Source: Thermomicrobiales bacterium (GTDB lineage Bacteria; Chloroflexota; Chloroflexia; Thermomicrobiales; UBA6265). From it: DNA of 36,906 bases. Shown here one piece after another: positions 16,573 through 25,759 of the stretch. The stretch spans positions 1-36,906 of the forward strand of contig JAICKJ010000002.1 in assembly GCA_025928015.1 (NCBI GenBank), given 5' to 3'. The position numbers and the translations under genes are program-made. The stretch's first letter is position 1. Each line of letters opens with the position of its first letter. The notes beneath the pieces were generated by a model that worked only from the letters and a program-made list of their open reading frames with translations, made no database searches and was not told where the DNA came from.

Positions 16573-18129
16573 ATGACCGCGCAACGAATCGTCAACGATT
16601 CCCGGGACCCGGACAAGGGGCGGCTGCTGCGCGTGCCGCGTCGCTACCGTGATCTCCCGACCGCGCGCCTCGTCGAGGAGAGCGTGAAACGGGAGGAGGG
16701 CGTCCTGGCGGATTCGGGCGCGTTAGCGGTCGAGACCGGCAAAATCACCGGTCGCTCGCCGAAGGACAAGTTCTTTGTGCGCGAGCCCTCCACCGAGGGC
16801 GTGATCGACTGGGGCGAGGTCAACCAGCCGATGGCCGAAGAGACGTTCAACGCGCTTTTCGAGCGCGTGCGGTCGTATCTCCGGCGTGGCACGACGTTCC
16901 GCCAGGAGGTCGCGGTCGGTGCCAACCCGGAGTACCGCTACCCGGTCACCGTGATCACCGAACGCGCCTGGGTCGCCCAATTCTGCCGGGATCTCTTCAT
17001 CGACACCGACGAACGAGGCAACGGGGAGCCGATCCTCATCCTGCACGCGCCGGGCTTTGAGGCCGATCCCGACCGGGACGGCACCCGCTCGGAGACCGGG
17101 ATCATCCTCCACCCCGGCCGAAAGATCATCCTCATCTTCGGCACCCGCTATGCCGGCGAGGTGAAGAAATCGGTCTTTTCGTTGCTCCAGGGCCTGCTGC
17201 CATTGCGCGATGTGCTGACGATGCACTGCTCGGCCAATTTCGGGCCGGAGGGCGACACGGCGGTCTTCTTCGGGCTCTCGGGCACTGGCAAGACGACGCT
17301 GTCCAACGATCCGGATCGCTACCTGATCGGCGATGACGAGCATGGCTGGGCCGACGACGGGATCTTCAATCTCGAAGGCGGTTGCTACGCCAAGACGATC
17401 AATCTGGAGCGGGAGCACGAGCCGACGATCTACGACGCGGCCAATTCGTTCGGCACGATTCTGGAAAACGTCATCCTCGATCCCGAGACGCGACGGCCAG
17501 ATTTCACCAACAAGAGCCTGACCGAGAACACCCGCGCGGCCTATTCGCTCCGCTCGATCGCCAACGCCGTCCCGACCGGGATGGGCGGCCATCCGTCCAA
17601 CGTTATCTATCTCACGGCGGATGCCGAGGGCGTGCTGCCGCCGGTTGCGCGGCTGACGCACGCGCAGGCGATCGACTACTTCCTGCTCGGGTATACATCG
17701 AAGCTCGCTGGCACCGAGCGTGGCGTCACGGAGCCGGAGGCGACCTTCTCGGCCGGGTTCGGCGCCCCCTTCCTGCCGCTCCCGCCGCTGCGATACGCGG
17801 AGATGCTGGGCGAACGCCTCGATCGCCACGATTCGGACGTCTGGCTGGTCAACACCGGCTGGACCGGTGGTGCCTACGGCGAGGGACATCGCGTCAAGCT
17901 GGCCCACACCCGGGCGATCGTCAGCGCGATTCTGTCCGGCCAGTTGGGGAACGTGCCATGCCGGCAGGAAGCGTTCTTCGGGCTCGCCATTCCCGATCAT
18001 TGTCCCGGCGTCCCGACCGAAATCCTCGATCCACGGTCGACGTGGCGCGACCCGGAGCGGTTCGATCAGGCGGCCAGATGGCTGGCCGGCGAATTCATGC
18101 GCCGGCTCGCCATCGAAAAGGGCGCGTAG
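16573..18129 (+). CDS. pckA: phosphoenolpyruvate carboxykinase (ATP)
   Basis: Kinase-1a loop FFGLSGTGKTTLS, LIGDDEHGW, NLEGGCYAK and WLVNTGWTGG are diagnostic ATP-PEPCK motifs. 518 aa. Confidence 0.95.
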   Translation: MTAQRIVNDSRDPDKGRLLRVPRRYRDLPTARLVEESVKREEGVLADSGALAVETGKITGRSPKDKFFVREPSTEGVIDWGEVNQPMAEETFNALFERVRSYLRRGTTFRQEVAVGANPEYRYPVTVITERAWVAQFCRDLFIDTDERGNGEPILILHAPGFEADPDRDGTRSETGIILHPGRKIILIFGTRYAGEVKKSVFSLLQGLLPLRDVLTMHCSANFGPEGDTAVFFGLSGTGKTTLSNDPDRYLIGDDEHGWADDGIFNLEGGCYAKTINLEREHEPTIYDAANSFGTILENVILDPETRRPDFTNKSLTENTRAAYSLRSIANAVPTGMGGHPSNVIYLTADAEGVLPPVARLTHAQAIDYFLLGYTSKLAGTERGVTEPEATFSAGFGAPFLPLPPLRYAEMLGERLDRHDSDVWLVNTGWTGGAYGEGHRVKLAHTRAIVSAILSGQLGNVPCRQEAFFGLAIPDHCPGVPTEILDPRSTWRDPERFDQAARWLAGEFMRRLAIEKGA

Positions 18130-19494
18130 TCAGCGCGCTTCGCGGGTGCGTCGCTTGACGCCGATCGTGCGTGATTTGGCGAGGGAGCCGCTGGCCAGCA
18201 GGGCGACGAAGCCGGCGAGGGCCGCGACGAGCAACATGGCCTGCATGCCCCGCTCGTTCCAGGCCCACGCGCCGAGCAGGGGCGACAGGCTGGCGGCGGC
18301 CAGCGCGACCGCGGCAAGCTGCGCGACGCGCTGAATCGTGCCTTCCGGAAAGAGGCCTTCCGCATAGGGCGGTATGGCGGCGGCGATGAGCCCCCGGCTG
18401 AGGCCGAGCGCCAGAAATGTGACGCCGAAGAGCCAGGCGCTGCCCGCGTTGTGGCTGATGGCGTCTCGCACCTTGTCCGAGTCGGCGAAGAACGCGAAGC
18501 TCAAGGCCACCAACGGCACCAGGAAGCGCACCAGCGCGGCGACCTGGAGCATCTTGCGCGAGGACACCCGCCTGGCTGAATGCGGCACCCCCGTGACCGT
18601 TGCGCAGGCGGCAAGCGCGAAGAGAATCGCGTAGATCCCGGCGAACTTCACCGGGATATCGAGGCGCTCCAGCGCGTAGACGATCAGGAACGGGTCGGCC
18701 AGGGCACTGAGGCCGATGAGCGTGCGGAAGACGATGAACCGGCGCCCACCACGGCCCGTGATCGACGGTTTGCTCATGATTGCTTCATCGAGGCTCGTCA
18801 GCACGGCCCGAGTCTCATCGCCTTGCGCCTCGAAGTAGACGGTGCGCAGCAGGAACCATGTGCCGGCGGCCGTGACGGCGGCGCTGGCGAGCGCGATCAG
18901 ACCGGCGGCGCGGACGACGGTGACCGCGGTATTGGCCATCGCGGCCGCGACCACCAGTCCGCAAAACGCGACGGCGGCGAGCGTCACGTAGGGCGCCTGC
19001 GGGCGATGCTGGTCCGTCACCGCGTGCAAGGGGCCGAAGGCATCGTTGCGGTGGCGATCGAGCCGGATAAAGGAATCGGTCAGCAGGAAGGCGAAGAGAC
19101 AGGCCCAGAACGGCGCCAATATGCCACCGCTGGTTTCGGGATGTGACCGGAGTAGCAGGACGGCCAGTAGCAGGATCGATGCGAGCCGGACCAGTGAACT
19201 GCCGGCCAGGACCGGGAACGAGAGCCTTGGGATGCGCAGCAGCCAACCGGGGATGAGTTGCGGGAGTTGCCAGGCGAGGGAGGCGACGATCGCCGTGATG
19301 GCGACATCGGTGGCGCTGCCGCTCAGGACCCAGGTGAGGAGCGTCAGGAGCGTCCAGGGGAGCAGCAGACCGGCACCGGCGCGCGCCAGCGCTTCGCCGA
19401 TGATCTCGTCGGCTCGCCGGAGCCAGGGATGCCGCGAATTGCCCCAAACGTCGTCCAGCGAGAGCGACGAGACGAGTTCTCCGAGATAATTCAT
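18130..19494 (-). CDS. polytopic membrane protein, MFS-like transporter
   Basis: 454 aa with about 12 hydrophobic segments and a central loop containing GRGGRRF (motif-A-like). The start overlaps the HIT gene stop (ATGA at 19491-19494). Its stop codon abuts the pckA stop (18127-18132). Confidence 0.6.
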   Translation of the reverse strand: MNYLGELVSSLSLDDVWGNSRHPWLRRADEIIGEALARAGAGLLLPWTLLTLLTWVLSGSATDVAITAIVASLAWQLPQLIPGWLLRIPRLSFPVLAGSSLVRLASILLLAVLLLRSHPETSGGILAPFWACLFAFLLTDSFIRLDRHRNDAFGPLHAVTDQHRPQAPYVTLAAVAFCGLVVAAAMANTAVTVVRAAGLIALASAAVTAAGTWFLLRTVYFEAQGDETRAVLTSLDEAIMSKPSITGRGGRRFIVFRTLIGLSALADPFLIVYALERLDIPVKFAGIYAILFALAACATVTGVPHSARRVSSRKMLQVAALVRFLVPLVALSFAFFADSDKVRDAISHNAGSAWLFGVTFLALGLSRGLIAAAIPPYAEGLFPEGTIQRVAQLAAVALAAASLSPLLGAWAWNERGMQAMLLVAALAGFVALLASGSLAKSRTIGVKRRTREAR

Positions 19495-20375
19495 GAGGAT
19501 GACACCTGCCCGATGCGGTCGTCCGGCGCCGCGATGCTCGGCGCCAGGTTGGCGCGCGCCCGGCGAAGGATGACCGCCTCCCGCTCGTCCAGCCGGTCCA
19601 GCGCCTCGGTCAACCCGACGACCTCCCGTCCCGGCGCGTCGGTCACCTTGACCGCGCGCAGGGTCAGCGCCAGCGGCCCGGCCGATGCGTCCGCCCGCTC
19701 GGATCCTGCCCAGCCAGCGATCTCCAGATCGCCGGCGACCGACTGAACCGCGCCCAGGGCCGCCTTCCAGACCGGTTGCTTCTCGCTGGCGGTTGCCGTC
19801 GGCAACGCGCCGTCCTGGAGCACAACGGAGCGGTCATCGTCCGTCAGCACGATCGCCCGGCAGGTTGCATTCGCGGTCATTTCCCGTTGCAGCTCCGCCC
19901 GGATTTTGGCGTAGGTCGTCGGGATCAGCTCAGGGATCACCATCGTCGAGGCGAGAATCGGCATGAAGTTGGCGTCCCCGACCCACCGAGGGACCACATG
20001 TTGATGGAGATGGGCAGCCACTCCCGCGCCGGCCACATCTCCGATGTTCAACCCGAGGTTGAACCCGGCGCAGGAGAGGACACGCCGGAGCGCCCCTGTT
20101 ACCTGAGGGGCAAGCAGCGTCATGTCGATCGCGGCCTCGAACGGGAGGTCGGCAAGGTCGGCGACGTGCTGGTTGGGCACGATCATGACGTGGCCGGTGT
20201 TGTAAGGAAAGAGATTCATGATCACGAAGGCGTTGGGGCCGCGCAAGAGGATGAGCGACTCGACATCATTGCCGGCGCGCAGCCGGTTGCAGAAGACGCA
20301 TCCGTCCTCCGTGGCGCCACCGCCGATGTAGCGCATGCGCCACGGGGCCCAGAGTCGTTGTTCGGCGTCAACCAT
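19491..20375 (-). CDS. HIT-family protein of the Ap4A-phosphorylase / ATP adenylyltransferase-like branch, with an unassigned C-terminal domain of about 130 aa
   Basis: Starts at MVDAEQRLWAPWRMRYI (ATG at 20375). Motifs: CVFC, NLFPYNTGHVMIVPNQH, GFNLGLNIGDVAGAG, and the histidine triad HLHQHVVPRWVGDANFM. Residues from about 165 to 294 match nothing I recognise. The 606-aa ORF-track entry is an upstream shadow extension. Confidence 0.85.
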   Translation of the reverse strand: MVDAEQRLWAPWRMRYIGGGATEDGCVFCNRLRAGNDVESLILLRGPNAFVIMNLFPYNTGHVMIVPNQHVADLADLPFEAAIDMTLLAPQVTGALRRVLSCAGFNLGLNIGDVAGAGVAAHLHQHVVPRWVGDANFMPILASTMVIPELIPTTYAKIRAELQREMTANATCRAIVLTDDDRSVVLQDGALPTATASEKQPVWKAALGAVQSVAGDLEIAGWAGSERADASAGPLALTLRAVKVTDAPGREVVGLTEALDRLDEREAVILRRARANLAPSIAAPDDRIGQVSSS

Positions 20376-20573
20376 CAGGTCATGCTCACATGATTTGGGC
20401 GGATCGGCCGTCCCTGTCGATGCGAGACAGGGGCGGAGGTCCCCTGTTCGTTTCGCTGACGGAAGGGTACTATCGATCGCAGAGCGGTGAGGGCCGCATT
20501 CCCGCAAGAGGCAGTTTTCGTGATATCGCCCAAGGTGGAGCATCCGGACGACGCTTCCGCCCGACCGGTTCCC

Positions 20574-22067
20574 ATGATGTCCAGAACCGCGCTGGTCCAG
20601 CAATGGCGGCGGCATGAGACGGCATCCGATCGCGTGGTGACTGTCGGCATCGGTGTGGCGCTCGTACTGGACGCGCTCTCGGCGTGGCTGGCGTTCTATT
20701 GCGGTCACGCCCTGCGCTACAACCTCGCCCTCGGTGGCCGGGTCGATCGTGTCAACTGGGAGCCATTTGCCACCTTCTACCGGCCGGCCGGCATCGCGGT
20801 CGTGCTGACCTTGCTGGTCTTTTCGTTCCGCGGCACGTACCGTCTGCGGCGCTGGCGGACGGTGATCGGCGATATCCCCCGGGTGATCAGCGGGTTCACG
20901 ACGGTCATGGCCGGCGCGGTGATGCTCGCCTTTTTCCTCAAGTTCTACCCGTCGCGTCTGGTCTTTCTCTACGCCTGGCTGATCGGCATCGTGCTGATGA
21001 TCGGCCACCGGGCCGTCTTCACGGTGATCCAGCGCGAGCTGTGGGAGCGGGGGATCGGGGTGGATCGTGTGCTCGTGGCCGGCTCGGGCGAGAACGCCCG
21101 GCGCGCGCTCGCCGCGGTCGCCAACCATCCGCGCTATGGGTACAAGGTCGTCGGATACGTCGACGACGATCCCGACGTCGGCTACGTCCACATCGCGACC
21201 GAACAGGGCGCCAGCATCTGCCGCCGGCTCGGGGAGCTGGGCGATTTGACCGACATCGTGCGGCGGCGCGACGTCGATGAAGTCATCATTGCGCTGCCGG
21301 CGGAGCAGCACACACGGCTGCTTGGCTTACTGGAACAGTGCCGGCGGGCGACGGTCCGGTTTCGTATCATCCCGGACTTCTTTCAACTGTCGCTTGATGA
21401 CGTCGACCTGAGCGAGGTCGCCGGGGTGCCGATCATCGGCGTCCGCGACGGCTCGATCCGCGGCTGGCAAGCGTTCACGAAGCGCGCGATTGATATCGCG
21501 TTCTCGATCGCGGTTCTCGTCCTGACGCTGCCGCTGATGGGGCTGATCGCGTTGATGATCAAACGAGATTCGCCCGGTCGGGTCCTCTATCGACAACAGC
21601 GCATCGGCAAGCATGGCCGCCCATTCGAGATGCTGAAGTTCCGGTGCATGGTCGCCGATGCCGACGAGCGGCGCGCCGAGATGCTGGACGCGCAGCCGAT
21701 GAACGACCGGCGTCTCTTCAAGGATCCCGACGATCCGCGCCGCACCAGGATCGGGCGCAAGCTGCGACGCACGAGCCTCGACGAGCTGCCGCAGTTCTGG
21801 AACGTGCTGAAGGGGGAGATGAGCGTCATCGGGCCGCGTCCGCCGTTGCCGGAGGAGGTCGAGACCTACGACGACTGGCACACGCAGCGGCTACTGGTCA
21901 AACCGGGGCTGACCGGCCTTTGGCAGATCAACGGGCGCAGCCAGCTCACGTTCGACGAGATGGTGCGGCTGGATCTGTATTACGCCGAGCATTGGTCGCC
22001 CTGGCTGGACACGAAGATCATCCTGCGGACGATTCCGGCGGTCGTGCAGGGCCGGGGCGCCTGGTAG
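20574..22067 (+). CDS. polyprenyl-phosphate glycosylphosphotransferase (WbaP/WcaJ/EpsB-like initiating sugar transferase)
   Basis: N-terminal TM helices and a central Rossmann-like segment (VLVAGSGENARRA...VVGYVDDD). The C-terminal catalytic domain carries QQRIGKHGRPFEMLKFRCM, SLDELPQFWNVLKGEMSVIGPRP and LLVKPGLTGLWQINGRS. The start codon is uncertain (ATG 20574; ORF open from 20487). Confidence 0.9.
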   Translation: MMSRTALVQQWRRHETASDRVVTVGIGVALVLDALSAWLAFYCGHALRYNLALGGRVDRVNWEPFATFYRPAGIAVVLTLLVFSFRGTYRLRRWRTVIGDIPRVISGFTTVMAGAVMLAFFLKFYPSRLVFLYAWLIGIVLMIGHRAVFTVIQRELWERGIGVDRVLVAGSGENARRALAAVANHPRYGYKVVGYVDDDPDVGYVHIATEQGASICRRLGELGDLTDIVRRRDVDEVIIALPAEQHTRLLGLLEQCRRATVRFRIIPDFFQLSLDDVDLSEVAGVPIIGVRDGSIRGWQAFTKRAIDIAFSIAVLVLTLPLMGLIALMIKRDSPGRVLYRQQRIGKHGRPFEMLKFRCMVADADERRAEMLDAQPMNDRRLFKDPDDPRRTRIGRKLRRTSLDELPQFWNVLKGEMSVIGPRPPLPEEVETYDDWHTQRLLVKPGLTGLWQINGRSQLTFDEMVRLDLYYAEHWSPWLDTKIILRTIPAVVQGRGAW

Positions 22068-22068
22068 G

Positions 22069-22743
22069 ATGGACCTCTTCCGATTCCTGGCCGCCCTCCG
22101 GCGCTGGTGGTGGCTGGTGCTCGGACTTCCATTGCTGGCGCTCATCCTCTCCTTGGTCCTGACCCCAAAACAGCCATACGCAACGACCTTCAAGGCGACC
22201 GTGCTCATTCCCGGCGACACTGAGGACACCGGCAGCGCCGAGCGGCCGGAGTTGATGGTGCTCGACGATCTCCCCTCGTTGATCGGCTCCGAGGTGTTCG
22301 CCAACGCGACCCTCCAGCAGATGAAGACAGCCGGGTATACCGGCCCGCTGGACGCCGCGGCGGTGCAAGAGACACTCTCCGGCTCGCGCTATAGCAGGGT
22401 GCTGACCGTGACCATTGCGTCAGACGACCCGGCCGCCACGCGAACGATCGCCGCGGCGGCGTCGAAGGTGCTGTCCGGTGAGGTCAACAGGTACCTCGTC
22501 GCGGACGGGACGAAGCCCGCGACCGTGCAGCTCATTGACCCGCCCGGTGATCCGGCGCGTGGAGAGACTCGGCGCTACCTGCAAATCATCGTGCAGACGT
22601 TTGCCGCGTTCTGCGTCGGGATCGCAATCGTCGTGCTGGTCGAAGGTGTGCGCGATCTCAGGGCCGCTGAGGAGCCACCCCGGCGGCGAAGAAGGGCGCC
22701 AGATACGGCTTCGTCCGAAGCTCCGCCAGATCCCGCGCGATAA
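22069..22743 (+). CDS. Wzz-like polysaccharide chain-length determinant family protein (short form)
   Basis: MDLFRFLAALRRWWWLVLGLPLLALILSLVL is the typical Wzz N-terminal TM helix. There is a periplasmic segment, then a second TM helix (IVQTFAAFCVGIAIVVLV). ATG lies 1 nt after the upstream stop. The Arg/Pro-rich tail overlaps the hisIE 3' end. Confidence 0.65.
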   Translation: MDLFRFLAALRRWWWLVLGLPLLALILSLVLTPKQPYATTFKATVLIPGDTEDTGSAERPELMVLDDLPSLIGSEVFANATLQQMKTAGYTGPLDAAAVQETLSGSRYSRVLTVTIASDDPAATRTIAAAASKVLSGEVNRYLVADGTKPATVQLIDPPGDPARGETRRYLQIIVQTFAAFCVGIAIVVLVEGVRDLRAAEEPPRRRRRAPDTASSEAPPDPAR

Positions 22744-23626
22744 CCTCCTTCGGATTGACCCCGAACGGGGCCAGCGCTTGCCCGACGAGTGCCAGCGTCG
22801 CATGCATCCGGGCCGCCGTTTGCTCTTCTCGCTCAGAAGTGGGCGCGGAGCCGAGGGCGTTCTTCCAGCCGGCGGCGTCCCTACGCAGCAGCCGCGCGAG
22901 CGTCATCGGTGCCAGCGAATCACCGGTAGGCATGTCAAATGCTCGATCCGCCCGGATCGCATTCCAGCCAATGCCGTCGCGCACCGCCCGAAGCAGCAGC
23001 CAGTAGATGACCTGGCCGGCTTCCAACGACGCGTCAGACGCGGGTTCCGAATGGACATGTGTCCCGTCCAGCACGCCGGCCAGCTCGTTCAGCTCGTCCG
23101 CGATGCGAGGCGTGACGCTGTCCTCGTCACCGTGGAGCAGCCTGGACGTGCGCGATTCGGAGATGAGCGGCTGTTCGGCGAGGAACTGATACGCCGCCAA
23201 CTGCGTTTGCGTCAAGTCGGCGAGTCCTGTCCCAGCGCCATTTGGCTGGTAGACGTCGGCCGGGTCGAAGACGCGGTCCCGGATGATGGTCAGCGAGTTG
23301 TCCGGTTCGAGCCGCCGGTAGTAGCAGGTCGCGTACCCCTCGTGGCAGACCGCCCCACGCTGCTCCACCTCGATGAGCAACGAGTTGTTCTCGCAGTTGA
23401 CACGAATCTCGCGGACGGTCTGGGTGTGGCCGGAGGTCTCGCCCTTGCGCCAGAGCTTGCTCCGGCTCCGGCTCCAGAAGTGGACCTGACCGGTCTCCCG
23501 CGTCCGGTCGAACGCCTCCCGGTTCTGGAAGCCGACCATCAGCACATCGCCGCTCACGGCATCGACGATGACCACCGGGATGAGGCCGTCCTGACCGAAC
23601 TCGATCGGCGGCGCGGTGTCGCTCAT
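22658..23626 (-). CDS. hisIE: bifunctional phosphoribosyl-AMP cyclohydrolase / phosphoribosyl-ATP pyrophosphatase, with extended C-terminal region
   Basis: HisI part: GLIPVVIVD...[11 protein letters not shown]...[18 protein letters not shown]...DCENNSLL-type motifs, with [12 protein letters not shown]. HisE-like part: [29 protein letters not shown] and [13 protein letters not shown]. Total length is 322 aa. Confidence 0.85.
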   Translation of the reverse strand: MSDTAPPIEFGQDGLIPVVIVDAVSGDVLMVGFQNREAFDRTRETGQVHFWSRSRSKLWRKGETSGHTQTVREIRVNCENNSLLIEVEQRGAVCHEGYATCYYRRLEPDNSLTIIRDRVFDPADVYQPNGAGTGLADLTQTQLAAYQFLAEQPLISESRTSRLLHGDEDSVTPRIADELNELAGVLDGTHVHSEPASDASLEAGQVIYWLLLRAVRDGIGWNAIRADRAFDMPTGDSLAPMTLARLLRRDAAGWKNALGSAPTSEREEQTAARMHATLALVGQALAPFGVNPKEVIARDLAELRTKPYLAPFFAAGVAPQRP

Positions 23627-24420
23627 GCCGGGTCGCTCTCCAGACGGACCGGGATGCCGTGGTCCCGGAGGTATTGCTTTGCCTCTTTGATGGTGTGCTG
23701 GCCGAAGTGAAAGATCGAGGCGGCGAGGACCGCGTCGGCTCGGCCGGGCTGCAAGGCGTCGACGAGATGATCAAGGTTGCCGGCGCCGCCGGAGGCGATG
23801 ACCGGGATGTTCACTGCCGCACTGACCGCTTCCAGCAGGTCCAGATCGTAGCCCGTGCCGGTTCCATCCTGGTTCATGCTGGTCAGCAGCAACTCGCCCG
23901 CGCCGCGCCGCTCGACTTCCCGCGCCCACTCGACGGTGTCGAGCCCGGTGGGCGTGCGGCCGCCACGGACGTAGACCTGCCAAGCGCCATCCGGCGCACC
24001 GCGCCGGGCGTCGATGGCGACGACCATGCACTGCTGGCCGAAGATCTCCGCGCCATCAGAGATGAGCGATGGCTGCGCGACGGCCGCCGAGTTGATGAAA
24101 ATCTTGTCCGCGCCGGCCGAGAGCAGCGCCCGCATATCGGCGACCGTCCGCACGCCGCCGCCAACGGTCAGGGGGATGAAGACCTGATCGGCCGTCCGCT
24201 CGACGACGTCGATCATGTTGTTCCGGTTCTCGTGCGTTGCGGTGATGTCCAGGAAGACGATCTCGTCCGCGCCCTCGGCGTTGTAGCGGGCCGCCAGCTC
24301 GACCGGGTCGCCGGCGTCGCGCAGGTTCTGGAACTCGACGCCCTTGACGACGCGCCCGCCGGTGACGTCGAGCGCCGGAATGATCCGCGTTTTCAAGCCA
24401 GATTTCGTCGCTGATGTCAT
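23623..24420 (-). CDS. hisF: imidazole glycerol phosphate synthase, cyclase subunit
   Basis: [50 protein letters not shown] and VIASGGAG are classic HisF motifs. 4-nt overlaps with both neighbours. Confidence 0.95.
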   Translation of the reverse strand: MTSATKSGLKTRIIPALDVTGGRVVKGVEFQNLRDAGDPVELAARYNAEGADEIVFLDITATHENRNNMIDVVERTADQVFIPLTVGGGVRTVADMRALLSAGADKIFINSAAVAQPSLISDGAEIFGQQCMVVAIDARRGAPDGAWQVYVRGGRTPTGLDTVEWAREVERRGAGELLLTSMNQDGTGTGYDLDLLEAVSAAVNIPVIASGGAGNLDHLVDALQPGRADAVLAASIFHFGQHTIKEAKQYLRDHGIPVRLESDPA

Positions 24421-25142
24421 CCCCGTGCCTTTTCCACTGACGCCAACGCCTCGGCGAGATCGACGCGGCCGTCATAGAGTGCGCGGCCGATGATGGCGCC
24501 GGCGGCGCCCGTTTGTTGGATGCCCTCCAGATCCGTGATGGACGATACGCCGCCGGAGGCGATGATTTTCGCCGGAATGGCGTCGATCATCGCCTGCAAG
24601 GCATCGATGTTCGGACCCTGAAGTTTTCCATCGCGGTGGATATCGGTGAAGACGAACGTCTCGACGCCGGCGGCGGCGAGCTGTTGGGCGACGTCGATCG
24701 CGTCGGTGTCCGATTGCTCCAGCCAGCCGTTCGCGGCCAGCTTCCCATTCCGCGCGTCGAGGCCAACCGCGATGGCCGCTCCGTAGCGCGTGATCGCTTG
24801 CCGGATCAGCTCCGGCGCCGAGAGCGCGACCGAGCCGAGCACGACGCGGTCGATGCCGAGGTCGAGCGCGGCCGCAATGTGGTCCAGCTTGCGCAGGCCA
24901 CCGCCGAGCTGGAGCTTCACCGCCACGCGCCGCCGGATGGCGCGGATGGCGTCCATATTGACCGGCGCGCCGGTGCGGGCGCCATCCAGATCGACGATGT
25001 GAATCCACTCGGCGCCGGCGGCGGCCCAGCGCTGGGCGGCGTCGGTCGGGTCGGCGTCGAAGACCGTCTCCCGCGCGAAGTCGCCTTCGCGCAAGCGGAC
25101 CGCCTGGCCGCCGCGAATATCGATCGCCGGATAGAGGATCAT
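24417..25142 (-). CDS. hisA: 1-(5-phosphoribosyl)-5-[(5-phosphoribosylamino)methylideneamino]imidazole-4-carboxamide isomerase
   Basis: [22 protein letters not shown]..., LQLGGGLR and [12 protein letters not shown] at 25142 overlaps the hisH stop (ATGA). The ORF-track start at 25181 adds 13 residues. Confidence 0.95.
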   Translation of the reverse strand: MILYPAIDIRGGQAVRLREGDFARETVFDADPTDAAQRWAAAGAEWIHIVDLDGARTGAPVNMDAIRAIRRRVAVKLQLGGGLRKLDHIAAALDLGIDRVVLGSVALSAPELIRQAITRYGAAIAVGLDARNGKLAANGWLEQSDTDAIDVAQQLAAAGVETFVFTDIHRDGKLQGPNIDALQAMIDAIPAKIIASGGVSSITDLEGIQQTGAAGAIIGRALYDGRVDLAEALASVEKARG

Positions 25143-25759
25143 CGGGCGGCCCCGGTTGTGATGGCGGGCGCGGTCGCCCACTGACGGACGAGCGCGAGGC
25201 CATCCGGACCGCTCTTCTCCGGGTGGAACTGCGCGCCCCAGATGTTGTCGTGGATGACGATGCTCGGGAAGGAGATGCCGTAGTCAGTCCAGGCGGCGAC
25301 GTCCGCCGGGTCATCCGGGTCCGCGTAATAGGAGTGGACGAAGTAGAACTCGCGATTTTCCCCCGCCCCACCGAGCGGCGAATTGTGGCCGAGTCGGGCG
25401 TTGTTCCAGCCCATGTGCGGCACTTTCAGGGTGCTCGGCAGCAAACGCACCCGGCCCGCGAGGAGGCCGAGGCCGACCGTCTCTCCCTCCTCCTGATGAC
25501 CGAAGAGGAGCTGCATGCCAAGGCAGACGCCGAGCAGCGGTGTGCCGCGGCGGGCGATCTCGGTGATCGCGTCCGCTAACCCGGTCTCCTGCAAGCGGCG
25601 CATCGACGCGCCGGCGTTGCCGACGCCGGGCAGCACCACCCGTTCGGCGTCGCGTACTGATGCTGGATCGTCCGTGATCCGGGCTCCCGCGCCAGCGGCT
25701 TCCAGCGCGCGCTTGATCGAACGCAGGTTGCCGGCGCCGTAGTCGACGATCGCGATCAT
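25139..25759 (-). CDS. hisH: imidazole glycerol phosphate synthase, glutamine amidotransferase subunit
   Basis: MIAIVDYGAGNLRSIKRALE, PGVGNAG, catalytic GVCLGMQLL, and the HSY...FHPEKS triad residues. ATG at 25759 overlaps the hisB stop. Confidence 0.95.
   Translation of the reverse strand: MIAIVDYGAGNLRSIKRALEAAGAGARITDDPASVRDAERVVLPGVGNAGASMRRLQETGLADAITEIARRGTPLLGVCLGMQLLFGHQEEGETVGLGLLAGRVRLLPSTLKVPHMGWNNARLGHNSPLGGAGENREFYFVHSYYADPDDPADVAAWTDYGISFPSIVIHDNIWGAQFHPEKSGPDGLALVRQWATAPAITTGAAR

Noticed and set aside
20376-21311. N-terminal 312 residues of the 606-aa ORF-track entry 19491-21311
   Set aside because: The HIT homology begins exactly at the internal ATG 20375 (MVDAEQRLWAPW). The upstream part is antisense to the well-supported glycosylphosphotransferase gene and is compositionally aberrant.
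22415-23710. 431-aa plus-strand ORF
   Set aside because: It is antisense to hisIE, which has clear HisI/HisE motifs. Arg-rich shadow ORF.
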